47,860 nt of DNA from an uncultured Enterobacterales bacterium (GTDB taxonomy: Bacteria; Myxococcota_A; UBA796), in assembly GCA_964554315.1 (NCBI GenBank), contig CAZKOI010000001.1, positions 1-47,860 on the forward strand, written 5' to 3'. Position numbers and translations under genes: made by a program. This document shows positions 10,504 through 18,746 of this stretch, in pieces. The notes under the pieces are model-generated. The model was not told where the DNA came from and searched no databases. It saw only the letters and a program-made list of their open reading frames with translations. The first letter of the stretch is position 1. Every line of letters starts with the position of its first letter.

Positions 10504-11160
10504 TCAGAGAACCAAGCTCACGCTCAGACCATCACCCGTTGGTAGAATCCCAGTCTGGATGCGAGGGTCTGCATAGAGCCTAGCGTTAAAGTTTTGAAGG
10601 GCCTCGGTAGCCGAGTCTCCAGGCTCGGCTGGTGAAGCGGTTCGGCCACCCCAGAGGACATTATCGGCGAGAATCAGGCCGCCTGGACGCAGGCGAGGAA
10701 TCGCAGCCTCGAGTGCATCGACGTAGCCTTCTTTGTCGATGTCGATCAGCACCGCGTCAAAGGTGCCCTCCGTTTGCTTGAAGAGCGCGATGGCGTCTCC
10801 CACTCGGATATCAATCCGAGCGGCCAGAGGGTGGTCACCATAGATGCGCGCGAAGTGGGCTTGAACCGACGGATCGACCTCGGTCCCGATCACGGAGCCC
10901 CCGTCCCCTACGGCTCGGGCGAAGTAGTAGGCCGAGAAGCCGAAGCCGGAGCCAAACTCGAATACCCGGCGAGCACCAATTCCCCGTGCCAAGAGCTCGA
11001 GCCAGCGACCCGAGGTCTGACCGATGAGAGGAAAATCGTGAGCGAGCGCATGACGCTCCAGGGAGGCCTCGAGCGGCGTGCGGTCTGGGCTCAAGCCGTC
11101 GATGTAGGCCCCCACAGCGGGAGTCAGGATGGGCAATCGTGCGTTGGATGGAGCGGCCAT
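10504..11160 (-). CDS. Class I SAM-dependent O-methyltransferase (caffeoyl-CoA OMT-like family)
   Basis: SAM-binding block VFEFGSGFGFSAYYFA and distal blocks FDAVLIDIDKEGY and GGLILADNVLWGG, typical of the Methyltransf_3/24 family. Confidence 0.75.
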   Translation of the reverse strand: MAAPSNARLPILTPAVGAYIDGLSPDRTPLEASLERHALAHDFPLIGQTSGRWLELLARGIGARRVFEFGSGFGFSAYYFARAVGDGGSVIGTEVDPSVQAHFARIYGDHPLAARIDIRVGDAIALFKQTEGTFDAVLIDIDKEGYVDALEAAIPRLRPGGLILADNVLWGGRTASPAEPGDSATEALQNFNARLYADPRIQTGILPTGDGLSVSLVL

Positions 11161-11162
11161 TC

Positions 11163-11891
11163 TTAGCCTCTAAGGCTCCGCCAGCGATTGTGCAGCCACA
11201 ACCAGCTGTGCGGACGCTCGCGGATCTTTTCTTCATAAAAGGACTGACTGAAGGCGGTCAGGGCGAGTACGGCTTCCGAGGTGTCCTCGGGTATCGGAGG
11301 ATGGATACGCTCAACCCGAATATGGTGGTGACCGCGATCATCTCGCCATTGGCTGGCGCCGAAGAGGGGGGCCTTGGTCGCGGCGGCCAGTGCTCCAAAG
11401 CCGCTCGAGGTGAGCGCCCCGCGATTGAAGAAGGGCACCTCGATCCCATCATTCTGGCGCTGGTCCTGAACGAACACCACCAACCGTCCGCGTCGCAGCG
11501 CACGCAAGGCGGCCAGCGCAGAGTCGGTGGGCCCCAGGAGCTCTAGTCCTGCTCGACGCCTCAACCGCTCTATCCACCAGGCCGCGACCGGATTGGAGGG
11601 CGTCTTGACAAAGATGGTCAACGGGGCCGCTTGAGCCGCCGAGAGCAGGCAGAGATCCCATGCTCCGAGGTGACCGGCCAGACATATTCCTCCGCCTTGA
11701 ACCAGCTCCGCACCGTGAACGGTTGCTCTGCGCCCCATCAGGATTTCGACGTAGGACCATGCGAGCTCACCCACCGTTTTGCGAAGCTCGTCGATGCGCC
11801 GTTCCGGAAAGGCGCCTCGGAAATTCTCAATCGCGACCTGCTTACGTATGGGCAGCAGCCACCACCATATCCAGCCCAGCAAGCGGGTCAT
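11163..11891 (-). CDS. Lipid A biosynthesis (Kdo)2-lipid IVA acyltransferase-like protein (LpxL/HtrB family)
   Basis: N-terminal membrane anchor MTRLLGWIWWWLL, a lysophospholipid acyltransferase-like body, and HLGAWD resembling the HxxxxD/E catalytic block. The ATG at 11891 overlaps the waaA-lpxK stop (ATGA). Confidence 0.7.
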   Translation of the reverse strand: MTRLLGWIWWWLLPIRKQVAIENFRGAFPERRIDELRKTVGELAWSYVEILMGRRATVHGAELVQGGGICLAGHLGAWDLCLLSAAQAAPLTIFVKTPSNPVAAWWIERLRRRAGLELLGPTDSALAALRALRRGRLVVFVQDQRQNDGIEVPFFNRGALTSSGFGALAAATKAPLFGASQWRDDRGHHHIRVERIHPPIPEDTSEAVLALTAFSQSFYEEKIRERPHSWLWLHNRWRSLRG

Positions 11892-13837
11892 GCGTGGTGT
11901 TGTCCAATGGCGGTCAGCAGGGCCTCGGCGCCTATCACATGCAGGTCGAGCCTCAACGCCCACACATCCGCATCGGGCGGAAGCCGGGCGGCGTCCTTCT
12001 CAGTCACGATCGTGCCTGGCTTGAGGGGGCCCAGCTCACCATGATCTCGAACCACCCGGAGGGACCGTATGGTGAGTCCGAGGTCGAGCAGTGTGCCTAC
12101 GAAGCGCTCGGGAAATGCAATTCCAACGGCCACATCGACCTCGCCGGAGACGGCACAGAGGTCGAGGAGTTGGCCTCGGTGAAGCCAACCTGTCGGTCGA
12201 AGCTGGCTTCGGACCAGAGGACGGCCTGGGGGCAGCGTGGGCTCGGGAACCTCCGCGGACCAGTTCGATAGCCAGAGCGCATCGACGTGATCGAGCTCGG
12301 ACCAGGGCAAGCGCTGCGTCCCCACCGGGATGGGCCCGCCGCCCGTGGGGCGAACCGTGTCGATGACGCCGATTCTAAAGGCCCGACGGAGTCGAGGATC
12401 ACTCAGTCCACCGTCGATGATGGTGGTCTGGTCCGGCGGACGGGCGGCGAGCGCTGCAGTCCTGTCGGGAGCCGACACCACCGCGAGGCCGCGTCGATGA
12501 AGCATCTCGAGTTCGTCGCCGAGCTTTACGCCAGGTCCAGGGTGCCTCTCTTCTCGGCCGCGACCCTGGCGTCGGTAGCCCGCGCTCAAGATGACGCTTC
12601 CCTCAAGGTGCTCAGCGAGCCAAGCCGCGACAGGCGTTCGACCCGCACCGCCGGCGACGACACCCCCAACCAGGACGCACGGACGGGGCAGATCGACGGG
12701 GCGTCGCAGGCTCCGATGAAGCGCGGATAGTCCACGCCACACGGGCGTGAGCACGCTCAGCCAGGGGCGGTGGGGTCGCTCAGGCAGGTGGACGCCGGCA
12801 GGCACACGAGCCAACCAGTGGAGGGGGGGCTCCTTGATGGGTCGGGGAGACATTCGGGGGCGGTCTTGAAGCTGGCGGATGGTTCGGCCGAGCTCGGCGG
12901 CATTTTGCACGATGTGGACCTCGACGGCCGTCCATGCTTGAGGAGAGGCGCTGCGATGAGGGCCGGCAACGATGTGGCACCCCCACATTGAAGCCATGCT
13001 GGGGTCGTGTCCTCCGATCTGCGGGTCGAACGTTCCGCCGATGATGGCGGTGTGGGCCTCTGGCAGCAGGCCGTCAAGCTCCCCCATGGTGTCCAGGACC
13101 AAGACTCCGCTCGCGCGATCCTCGGCAAGCTGCGTTCGACGCTGCGGCGAGAAGGTGCACCACGCTGAGATGAGCGATTCGACATCGTCGAGGTGCCGAG
13201 GTGCGAGGATGAGCGTGGGCCGGGGTTCGGGGAGTGTTGCCCACGCCGCCCGCAAGAGGCGCTCATCCTCCGTTCGTAGGCTCGCGGCGATCACCGTCCC
13301 CTCGGGTAGGTGGAGCGTAGGCTGAGGCGTGGGAGCAAAGTGCTTCAGCGGTCCCGTCTCCTCCGAATCTATCCAAACCACCTCGGCCATGAGGCGGGTG
13401 AAGACAGGCTTCAAACGCTGCCAACGCTGCCAGCCTCGACCTCGTCTCCCGCCAACCACACACACGGGAATTCCGCGAGCTCTCGCTGCCAAGATCCAAC
13501 CGGGCCAGAGCTCGGCCTCCACCAGAATTAAGCGGCTGGGTCGCGCCCGGTCGAGCCACGGGCCAATCACGAAGGGGAGGTCGAGAGGGGCCGGGAATGC
13601 GCCGCGCACCTCGGTTCGCCAGGAGCCGGCGGTTCGCCACACGGGGCCGAGGTGGGGGGCAATGGCCTCAATGATGCGGTGCTCACCCAAGCTCGCGCCG
13701 TGGATCCATGTCCGGCCAGGAACGGGTACGGGCACCCGCAGCATGTGTCGACGTGCGCTGGGATGCAGCAGGAGGACGGGCCATGCCGCGAGTCCGACCA
13801 AGCGCCACAGCAGCAAGAGGCCGTCGATAAACATCAC
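11888..13837 (-). CDS. Fusion protein: Kdo transferase WaaA (N-terminal ~325 aa) plus tetraacyldisaccharide 4'-kinase LpxK (C-terminal ~300 aa)
   Basis: The N-terminal half has WaaA blocks (IHGASLGE, VEAELWPG, LAPRHLDD, LDTMGEL, IGGTF..GGHDP). The C-terminal half has LpxK blocks (P-loop VGGVVAGGAGRTP, IIDGGLSD, PVGTQRLPWSEL). It is a single uninterrupted 649-aa ORF. Confidence 0.8.
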   Translation of the reverse strand: MMFIDGLLLLWRLVGLAAWPVLLLHPSARRHMLRVPVPVPGRTWIHGASLGEHRIIEAIAPHLGPVWRTAGSWRTEVRGAFPAPLDLPFVIGPWLDRARPSRLILVEAELWPGWILAARARGIPVCVVGGRRGRGWQRWQRLKPVFTRLMAEVVWIDSEETGPLKHFAPTPQPTLHLPEGTVIAASLRTEDERLLRAAWATLPEPRPTLILAPRHLDDVESLISAWCTFSPQRRTQLAEDRASGVLVLDTMGELDGLLPEAHTAIIGGTFDPQIGGHDPSMASMWGCHIVAGPHRSASPQAWTAVEVHIVQNAAELGRTIRQLQDRPRMSPRPIKEPPLHWLARVPAGVHLPERPHRPWLSVLTPVWRGLSALHRSLRRPVDLPRPCVLVGGVVAGGAGRTPVAAWLAEHLEGSVILSAGYRRQGRGREERHPGPGVKLGDELEMLHRRGLAVVSAPDRTAALAARPPDQTTIIDGGLSDPRLRRAFRIGVIDTVRPTGGGPIPVGTQRLPWSELDHVDALWLSNWSAEVPEPTLPPGRPLVRSQLRPTGWLHRGQLLDLCAVSGEVDVAVGIAFPERFVGTLLDLGLTIRSLRVVRDHGELGPLKPGTIVTEKDAARLPPDADVWALRLDLHVIGAEALLTAIGQHHA

Positions 13838-13840
13838 TCA

Positions 13841-13876
13841 CCAAAAAAAGAAGGGGGATGGCCGAAGCCATCCCCC
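13841..13876 (-). terminator. Rho-independent terminator of the 13898-15163 gene
   Basis: On the minus strand there is a perfect 10-bp stem GGGGGATGGC / GCCATCCCCC (13853-13862 and 13867-13876) with a 4-nt loop. It is followed by TTCTTTTTTTGG (13841-13852). Confidence 0.8.
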
Positions 13877-13897
13877 GAGTCTTAACCGCAGCGGGGT

Positions 13898-15163
13898 TTA
13901 GTCGTCGCGACGTCGACCGAGGGCTGCGAGGCCGAGAGCGAGGGCAAGGCCAAGGGGAGCGGTTCGGCTTCCCGAGGTCGAGCAGCTCGCAGGCTGGGCG
14001 GGAACCTCGACGTTGATGTTCGTGGTCGAACCGGAGCCGGCCTGCGTCGTGTCCTCGGTATCGGCGACCTCGTCGGTCTCCTCTACCGGGGCCTCGGGCT
14101 CGCCGGAGCCGTTGTCCTCTGGGCCTGTCTCGTAGTCTTCGAGATCAATGGCGGGACGGTCGATTTGAATGTTGTTGATCGCGATGGACATGGTGGACTC
14201 GCTGTCCCACCAGTACCAGCGAGGGATGGCGGTTGTGCCGGAGAGCTCGAGGCGCTCCAGGTTGAACCCCTTGCCCTCATCGGCCTGCATAACGAGCATG
14301 TACTCGTGGTAGGCGTTTTGGTCCTCGCGGTCCCAGCTGTCGAGGTACAGGTCCCAGTCCATGTCCGCTGGCGTACCTTGGACCATCATCTCCCAGCGCC
14401 AGAGGGTGATCTGGTACTTGGTCTGAATCTGGAAAGAGTCGTTCAGGTATCCCTTGGCCTGAACCGTGGCAGAGACTTCCTCGCCGATGGTACCGGCATC
14501 GGTCTCTTCCTCGTTCTTGTACTCGTAGGCCACCATCGCGGCGCCTTCCGCGTTGGTGTTGAGGCCGTAGGAGCTCTCCATCGTCACCGACCCGTAGGCA
14601 TCCCAGCCATACGACTCGAAGGGAAGCGACCAGTCCCAGCGGAACCCCGCGTTGTCGAGCTCGTTGTAGGTCTCGGCGTGGAGGCTGAGTACGGGGGCGT
14701 CCTCAACCATGAGTCGCCAGTCTTCCTCAAGGTTGGGAGAGGTGCGCGCCTTGACCACCGCAACCCAGAAGTCGGAGCCGCGGTCGATGGAGGACTCGAA
14801 CCAGAAGAACTCGACGATCATGTCGGTGGTGTTGCCGTGGCGGTCTTCCACGCCTGCGTACAGCGTGTTGCCTGAGAAGAATGCGTAGCGGAAGTTCTCG
14901 TCATCCTCGAGCACACCAGCGGTCACTTCACCGATGCTGACATCGATGTCGCCCTTGAGCATGAGCGCACCCTTGAAGGAGGTCTCCGCGTCGGTGAGGT
15001 CGGCGCTGGAGCTGACCGTAGAGGAGCCACCGCTGCTGCCCGAGGAGCTGCCGTCGTCGTACGAGTCCCAGTCGAAGAGACCAGAGTCATCCGCGAGGGT
15101 TGGTCCAGCGACCAGCGATGCGATGAGTCCGAGGGCTCCGAGTGTGTGTTGAGTGCGCGTCAT
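13898..15163 (-). CDS. Secreted, very acidic Trp-rich protein of unknown function with MYXO-CTERM-type C-terminal sorting tail
   Basis: Signal peptide (LGALGLIASLVAGPTLADD) and a Ser/Gly-rich linker. The C-terminus is CSTSGSRTAPLGLALALGLAALGRRRDD: an invariant-type Cys, a hydrophobic helix and a basic cluster. Confidence 0.75.
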   Translation of the reverse strand: MTRTQHTLGALGLIASLVAGPTLADDSGLFDWDSYDDGSSSGSSGGSSTVSSSADLTDAETSFKGALMLKGDIDVSIGEVTAGVLEDDENFRYAFFSGNTLYAGVEDRHGNTTDMIVEFFWFESSIDRGSDFWVAVVKARTSPNLEEDWRLMVEDAPVLSLHAETYNELDNAGFRWDWSLPFESYGWDAYGSVTMESSYGLNTNAEGAAMVAYEYKNEEETDAGTIGEEVSATVQAKGYLNDSFQIQTKYQITLWRWEMMVQGTPADMDWDLYLDSWDREDQNAYHEYMLVMQADEGKGFNLERLELSGTTAIPRWYWWDSESTMSIAINNIQIDRPAIDLEDYETGPEDNGSGEPEAPVEETDEVADTEDTTQAGSGSTTNINVEVPAQPASCSTSGSRTAPLGLALALGLAALGRRRDD

Positions 15164-15277
15164 GATTTACTCCACGGGTTGGGTTGTGTGGTGTTTGGGA
15201 TGTCTGTTTCTACACCACGCGCACAGGCCGCATTGTGACGGCGGTGTGAAACGAAATGGTCTTCCGTGACGCATCTG

Positions 15278-15300
15278 TGACACCCGGACAGATGACACCC
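15278..15300. repeat. Direct repeat TGACACCC-N7-TGACACCC in the intergenic region upstream of the 13898-15163 gene
   Basis: Exact 8-mers at 15278-15285 and 15293-15300, with additional GTGAC-like words nearby (15230-15270). Confidence 0.4.
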
Positions 15301-15322
15301 AGCCGTCACCGAAGCGGAGTGC

Positions 15323-17104
15323 TCAGCACGCGCCTACGGCTTGAATCGAGGCCAGTTTGGCGTAGAGGCCTCGCGCGGCGAGGAGAGCTCGATGATCCCC
15401 CTGCTCGACCACGTGGCCTCTTTCGAGGACCACGATCTTGTCCGCGCTCTGAATGGTGGAGAGTCGGTGGGCGATGGCCAAGACCGTCCGGTCCTTCATG
15501 AGTCGTGCGACAGCATCCTTGATGAGGGCCTCGCTCTCGCTGTCCAGCGCGCTGGTCGCCTCATCGAGGATAAGGATGGGGGCGTCCCGTAAGAATGCGC
15601 GTGCGATACAGATACGCTGTCGTTCGCCACCGGAGAGGCGCATTCCGCGAGCATCGACGGTGGTGTCGTAGCCGTCGGGGAGCGCCGTGATGAAGGCGTG
15701 GGCGTTTGCCGCCTTCGCTGCTGCCACGACGTCGTCGCGACTAGCCTCGGTGCCGAAGGCAATGTTGTCGGCAATGGAGGCATCGAACAGGAAGCTGTCT
15801 TGGCTCACATAAGCAATGGAGCGACGCAGCGAGCGAAGGGTGTACTCGTCGAGGCACTGTCCATTCAGCAAGACACGGCCCTCGCTCGGTTCGATCAGTC
15901 TCGGTACGAGCCTCGCCAGCGTGGACTTGCCTGCGCCGGACGGTCCCACCAGGGCGACGACCTCGCCCGCGCGCAACTCAAGGTTGATGCCATGGAGCAC
16001 GGGCTCGTCGCCGTATTGAAACGAGACGTCCTGGAGCTTGAGGTCTTGGGGGGAGGTCGGAGCCGTTTGCGTTCCACGGTCTTCCACAGCGGGCTCGGTG
16101 TCGAGGATCTCGAAGATGCCCTCCGCGCCTGCGCGCGCTTGTTGGACGAGTTCTTGTATCTTGGAGATGCCCTTCAGCGGCTCATTCAGAAGCCCGAGAG
16201 CGACCATGAACGCAATCAGCTCCCCCGCCTGCAGCTGGCCAGCGAGGACCTGCTGCCCGCCGGCCCATAGCACGCCTCCGACGGCAACAGCGGCGATGAG
16301 CTCAACCACAGGTCCCGGCGAGAGCTTTGCCAAGAAGGCACGAAGCTGAAGCCTGCGGTGCTCCTCGTTGACAGCCTTAAACTCTGCGGCTCTGGATGGG
16401 CTGCCCCCGTGGGTCTCCACCACCTCGATACCCGAGAGGCTCTCTGCTGCAGTGGTCGCGAGGCCAGCCATGCTGTCGAGGCTTGCTCGAGCCTCGCGTC
16501 GAAGTCGCCTTCCGAAGTGGGCGATGGGCCATGCCACGAGCGGGAGCAGAACCATCGCTAGGAGGGTGAGGTGCGCGTTCATCCATGCGGCTGCGGCGAG
16601 CAGAACCAGCAGCGTCAGCGGTTGCTGAATCGCTGTCACGATACCGCTGACGCCGTATTGAATTGTGTTGACGTCCTGGGTGAGCCTCGCCAGGCTGGCC
16701 CCAACAGGGTGGCTCTGGTGCCAACGAACCCCCAGGCGCAGCATGTGCTCGAAGAGGTCACCTCGGAGGTCGGTGATCACGCGCCAGGCGATGTGGCGAG
16801 TGAGCATGCCTCGGCCCACCTTGAGCACCCCGCCTAGAGCATAGAGTCCGACCACCGCCAGCGGCATGAGGGCGAGAGCCTCTCGATCCTTGGCGATCAA
16901 GACGTCGTCCAGGACCTGCTCGATCAGCAGGACCAGGAGTCCGGGTATGAGGGCCTGTAGCGCCATCAAGAGCACAGCAAGGCACAGGCGTGATCGGTAG
17001 GGGCGAAAGTAGCCCAAGAGTCGTAGCGTGGTGGCGGAGGGCCTCACTGGCCTCGCCACCGAAGCATCGGAACCACAAAGGCGGCCTCCAGTGCGATGTT
17101 CCAC
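15323..17104 (-). CDS. msbA: Lipid A export ATP-binding/permease protein MsbA (ABC exporter)
   Basis: Six-TM exporter domain plus an NBD with Walker A GPSGAGKST, signature LSGGERQRICIARA and Walker B ILILDEATSALD. It lies in the lpxB operon context. The start is uncertain: ATG at 17104 or in-frame GTG at 17059. Confidence 0.85.
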   Translation of the reverse strand: MEHRTGGRLCGSDASVARPVRPSATTLRLLGYFRPYRSRLCLAVLLMALQALIPGLLVLLIEQVLDDVLIAKDREALALMPLAVVGLYALGGVLKVGRGMLTRHIAWRVITDLRGDLFEHMLRLGVRWHQSHPVGASLARLTQDVNTIQYGVSGIVTAIQQPLTLLVLLAAAAWMNAHLTLLAMVLLPLVAWPIAHFGRRLRREARASLDSMAGLATTAAESLSGIEVVETHGGSPSRAAEFKAVNEEHRRLQLRAFLAKLSPGPVVELIAAVAVGGVLWAGGQQVLAGQLQAGELIAFMVALGLLNEPLKGISKIQELVQQARAGAEGIFEILDTEPAVEDRGTQTAPTSPQDLKLQDVSFQYGDEPVLHGINLELRAGEVVALVGPSGAGKSTLARLVPRLIEPSEGRVLLNGQCLDEYTLRSLRRSIAYVSQDSFLFDASIADNIAFGTEASRDDVVAAAKAANAHAFITALPDGYDTTVDARGMRLSGGERQRICIARAFLRDAPILILDEATSALDSESEALIKDAVARLMKDRTVLAIAHRLSTIQSADKIVVLERGHVVEQGDHRALLAARGLYAKLASIQAVGAC

Positions 17105-17721
17105 GACATCTTGGATTGTCCGGCGAACCGATCGGCGAAGATGATGGGAACCTCGCGAATGCGTGCTCCGCGACGATGGGCCCGAAAGGTGGTCTCGACC
17201 TGGAAGGCGTAGCCCTCAGAGCGAATGGACTGCAGGTCAATGCGGGCCAAGAGGGGGGCGCGCCAGGCCTTGAAGCCGCCCGTGAGGTCTCGATAGGGAA
17301 GATCCAGAAGCAGCCGAGAGTAACGGGAGCCAAACCGGGAGAGCCAGAGGCGAGTCGCATCCCAGTTCTCGATCCCGCCTCCCTCCACCCAGCGAGACCC
17401 GAGGACCAGGTCCGCCTCCTCAAGTGCTGGCAGGAGACGAGCGACATCGCTCGGTTGATGTGACAGGTCCGCGTCCATCTGTACGATCGGATCGAGGCCC
17501 AGTGAGAGGGCCTCCGTCATGCCGTGAACATAGGCGCTGGCGAGCCCCATCTTACGGCCGCGCCGGATCACTCGAGCGCCGGCCTTCTCAGCGAGCTCGG
17601 GGGTTCCATCCTTGCTGCCATCGTCGACGACAATGATCTGGGCATCGAGCGGCGCCAGTCCCTCGAACAGCGCAGGGATGTTCTCGGCCTCGTTGTAGGT
17701 TGGAATCACGACGCCCGTCAT
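17044..17721 (-). CDS. GT2 polyprenol-phosphate glycosyltransferase (Dpm1/Ppm1-like)
   Basis: VVIPTYNEAENI, VVDDGSKDGT, and a DAD (DxD-type) motif in QMDADLSH. There are no C-terminal TM helices. The ATG at 17721 overlaps the lpxB stop (ATGA). Confidence 0.8.
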   Translation of the reverse strand: MTGVVIPTYNEAENIPALFEGLAPLDAQIIVVDDGSKDGTPELAEKAGARVIRRGRKMGLASAYVHGMTEALSLGLDPIVQMDADLSHQPSDVARLLPALEEADLVLGSRWVEGGGIENWDATRLWLSRFGSRYSRLLLDLPYRDLTGGFKAWRAPLLARIDLQSIRSEGYAFQVETTFRAHRRGARIREVPIIFADRFAGQSKMSWNIALEAAFVVPMLRWRGQ

Positions 17722-18746
17722 GCGAAAGCTCCCGCGGCGTGCCAAACGGCCGCGGCGGCTCGGTCGCTGGCGCCTGGGACCCCCAGAGCGCTCAGGTCCA
17801 CCGGCTGGGTCGCCGGAAGGGCCAGCAACTCTGACGCAAGGCGCTGGGGCTCCAGGGTCTGGATGAACTCAGGAACGACCTGCTTGTTGGCGAGAATATT
17901 GGGCATCGCGATGTGATCTATCCCTCGAACAAGGAGCCGGCCCAGTCCGTATGTCATGGGATGTACCCGGTGGGCGACCACCTGCGGAACGCCCATCACC
18001 GCCAGCTCAAGGGTGATGGTTCCGCTCTTGGTCAGCACGCCTCTCGCCTTCGAGAGTGCCTCGACACGATAGGTCTGCTCCAGCCACGAGGGCACACCCG
18101 AGAGGCGCTCGGGGGTCAGCAGGACAAAGCGCGCGCGAGGTTGCTTTTCTCGGAGGTGCTCTGCCGCAGCGATGAACGGGCCCAGCATGCGGGCGATCTC
18201 TTGGGGTCGCGAGCCTGGCGCGAGCCCGAAGAGGTGGGGGTCAATCGTCTCTCGCTTTGGGAGTCGATCGACGACGGGGTGACCCACCCAAACCGACGGC
18301 TGGTCAAACAGCACGGGCTCAAACTCAAACAGGCAGAGGAGCTGGTCAAAGACATCCGACAGTGCCTTGGCTCGTCCGGGTCGCCACGCCCAGACCTGGG
18401 GGGTGACGTAGCCAACGCTGAGGACACCGAGAGACATGGCATAGCGGCCCAAGGGATGGTGGAGGTCAGGGGCGTCGATGAATATGGCGGCATCGGGACG
18501 GGTCTCGAGTGCGCGCTTAAGCGATGCCCGGACGCGAAGTATCTCGGGGAGACGGCCCAGGACCTCGATCAGGCCCATGGCATTGACGTCCTCCATCCGC
18601 GCCAGAGGCTCGACGCCAGCGGCGCGCATCTTCGGTCCGGCGAGGCCAAAGAACGTCGCCTCGCCCGCTCGACCCAGCGCCTTGACCAGCTCGCATCCGA
18701 GTACATCGCCGGAGGGCTCTGCTGCTGAGACGAAGATGCGCTTCAT
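17718..18746 (-). CDS. lpxB: Lipid-A-disaccharide synthase LpxB
   Basis: N-terminus MKRIFVSAAEPSGD is typical of LpxB, with a GT19-like body. The ATG at 18746 overlaps the upstream stop (ATGA). The longer ORF to 18833 is probably an over-extension. Confidence 0.88.
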   Translation of the reverse strand: MKRIFVSAAEPSGDVLGCELVKALGRAGEATFFGLAGPKMRAAGVEPLARMEDVNAMGLIEVLGRLPEILRVRASLKRALETRPDAAIFIDAPDLHHPLGRYAMSLGVLSVGYVTPQVWAWRPGRAKALSDVFDQLLCLFEFEPVLFDQPSVWVGHPVVDRLPKRETIDPHLFGLAPGSRPQEIARMLGPFIAAAEHLREKQPRARFVLLTPERLSGVPSWLEQTYRVEALSKARGVLTKSGTITLELAVMGVPQVVAHRVHPMTYGLGRLLVRGIDHIAMPNILANKQVVPEFIQTLEPQRLASELLALPATQPVDLSALGVPGASDRAAAAVWHAAGAFA

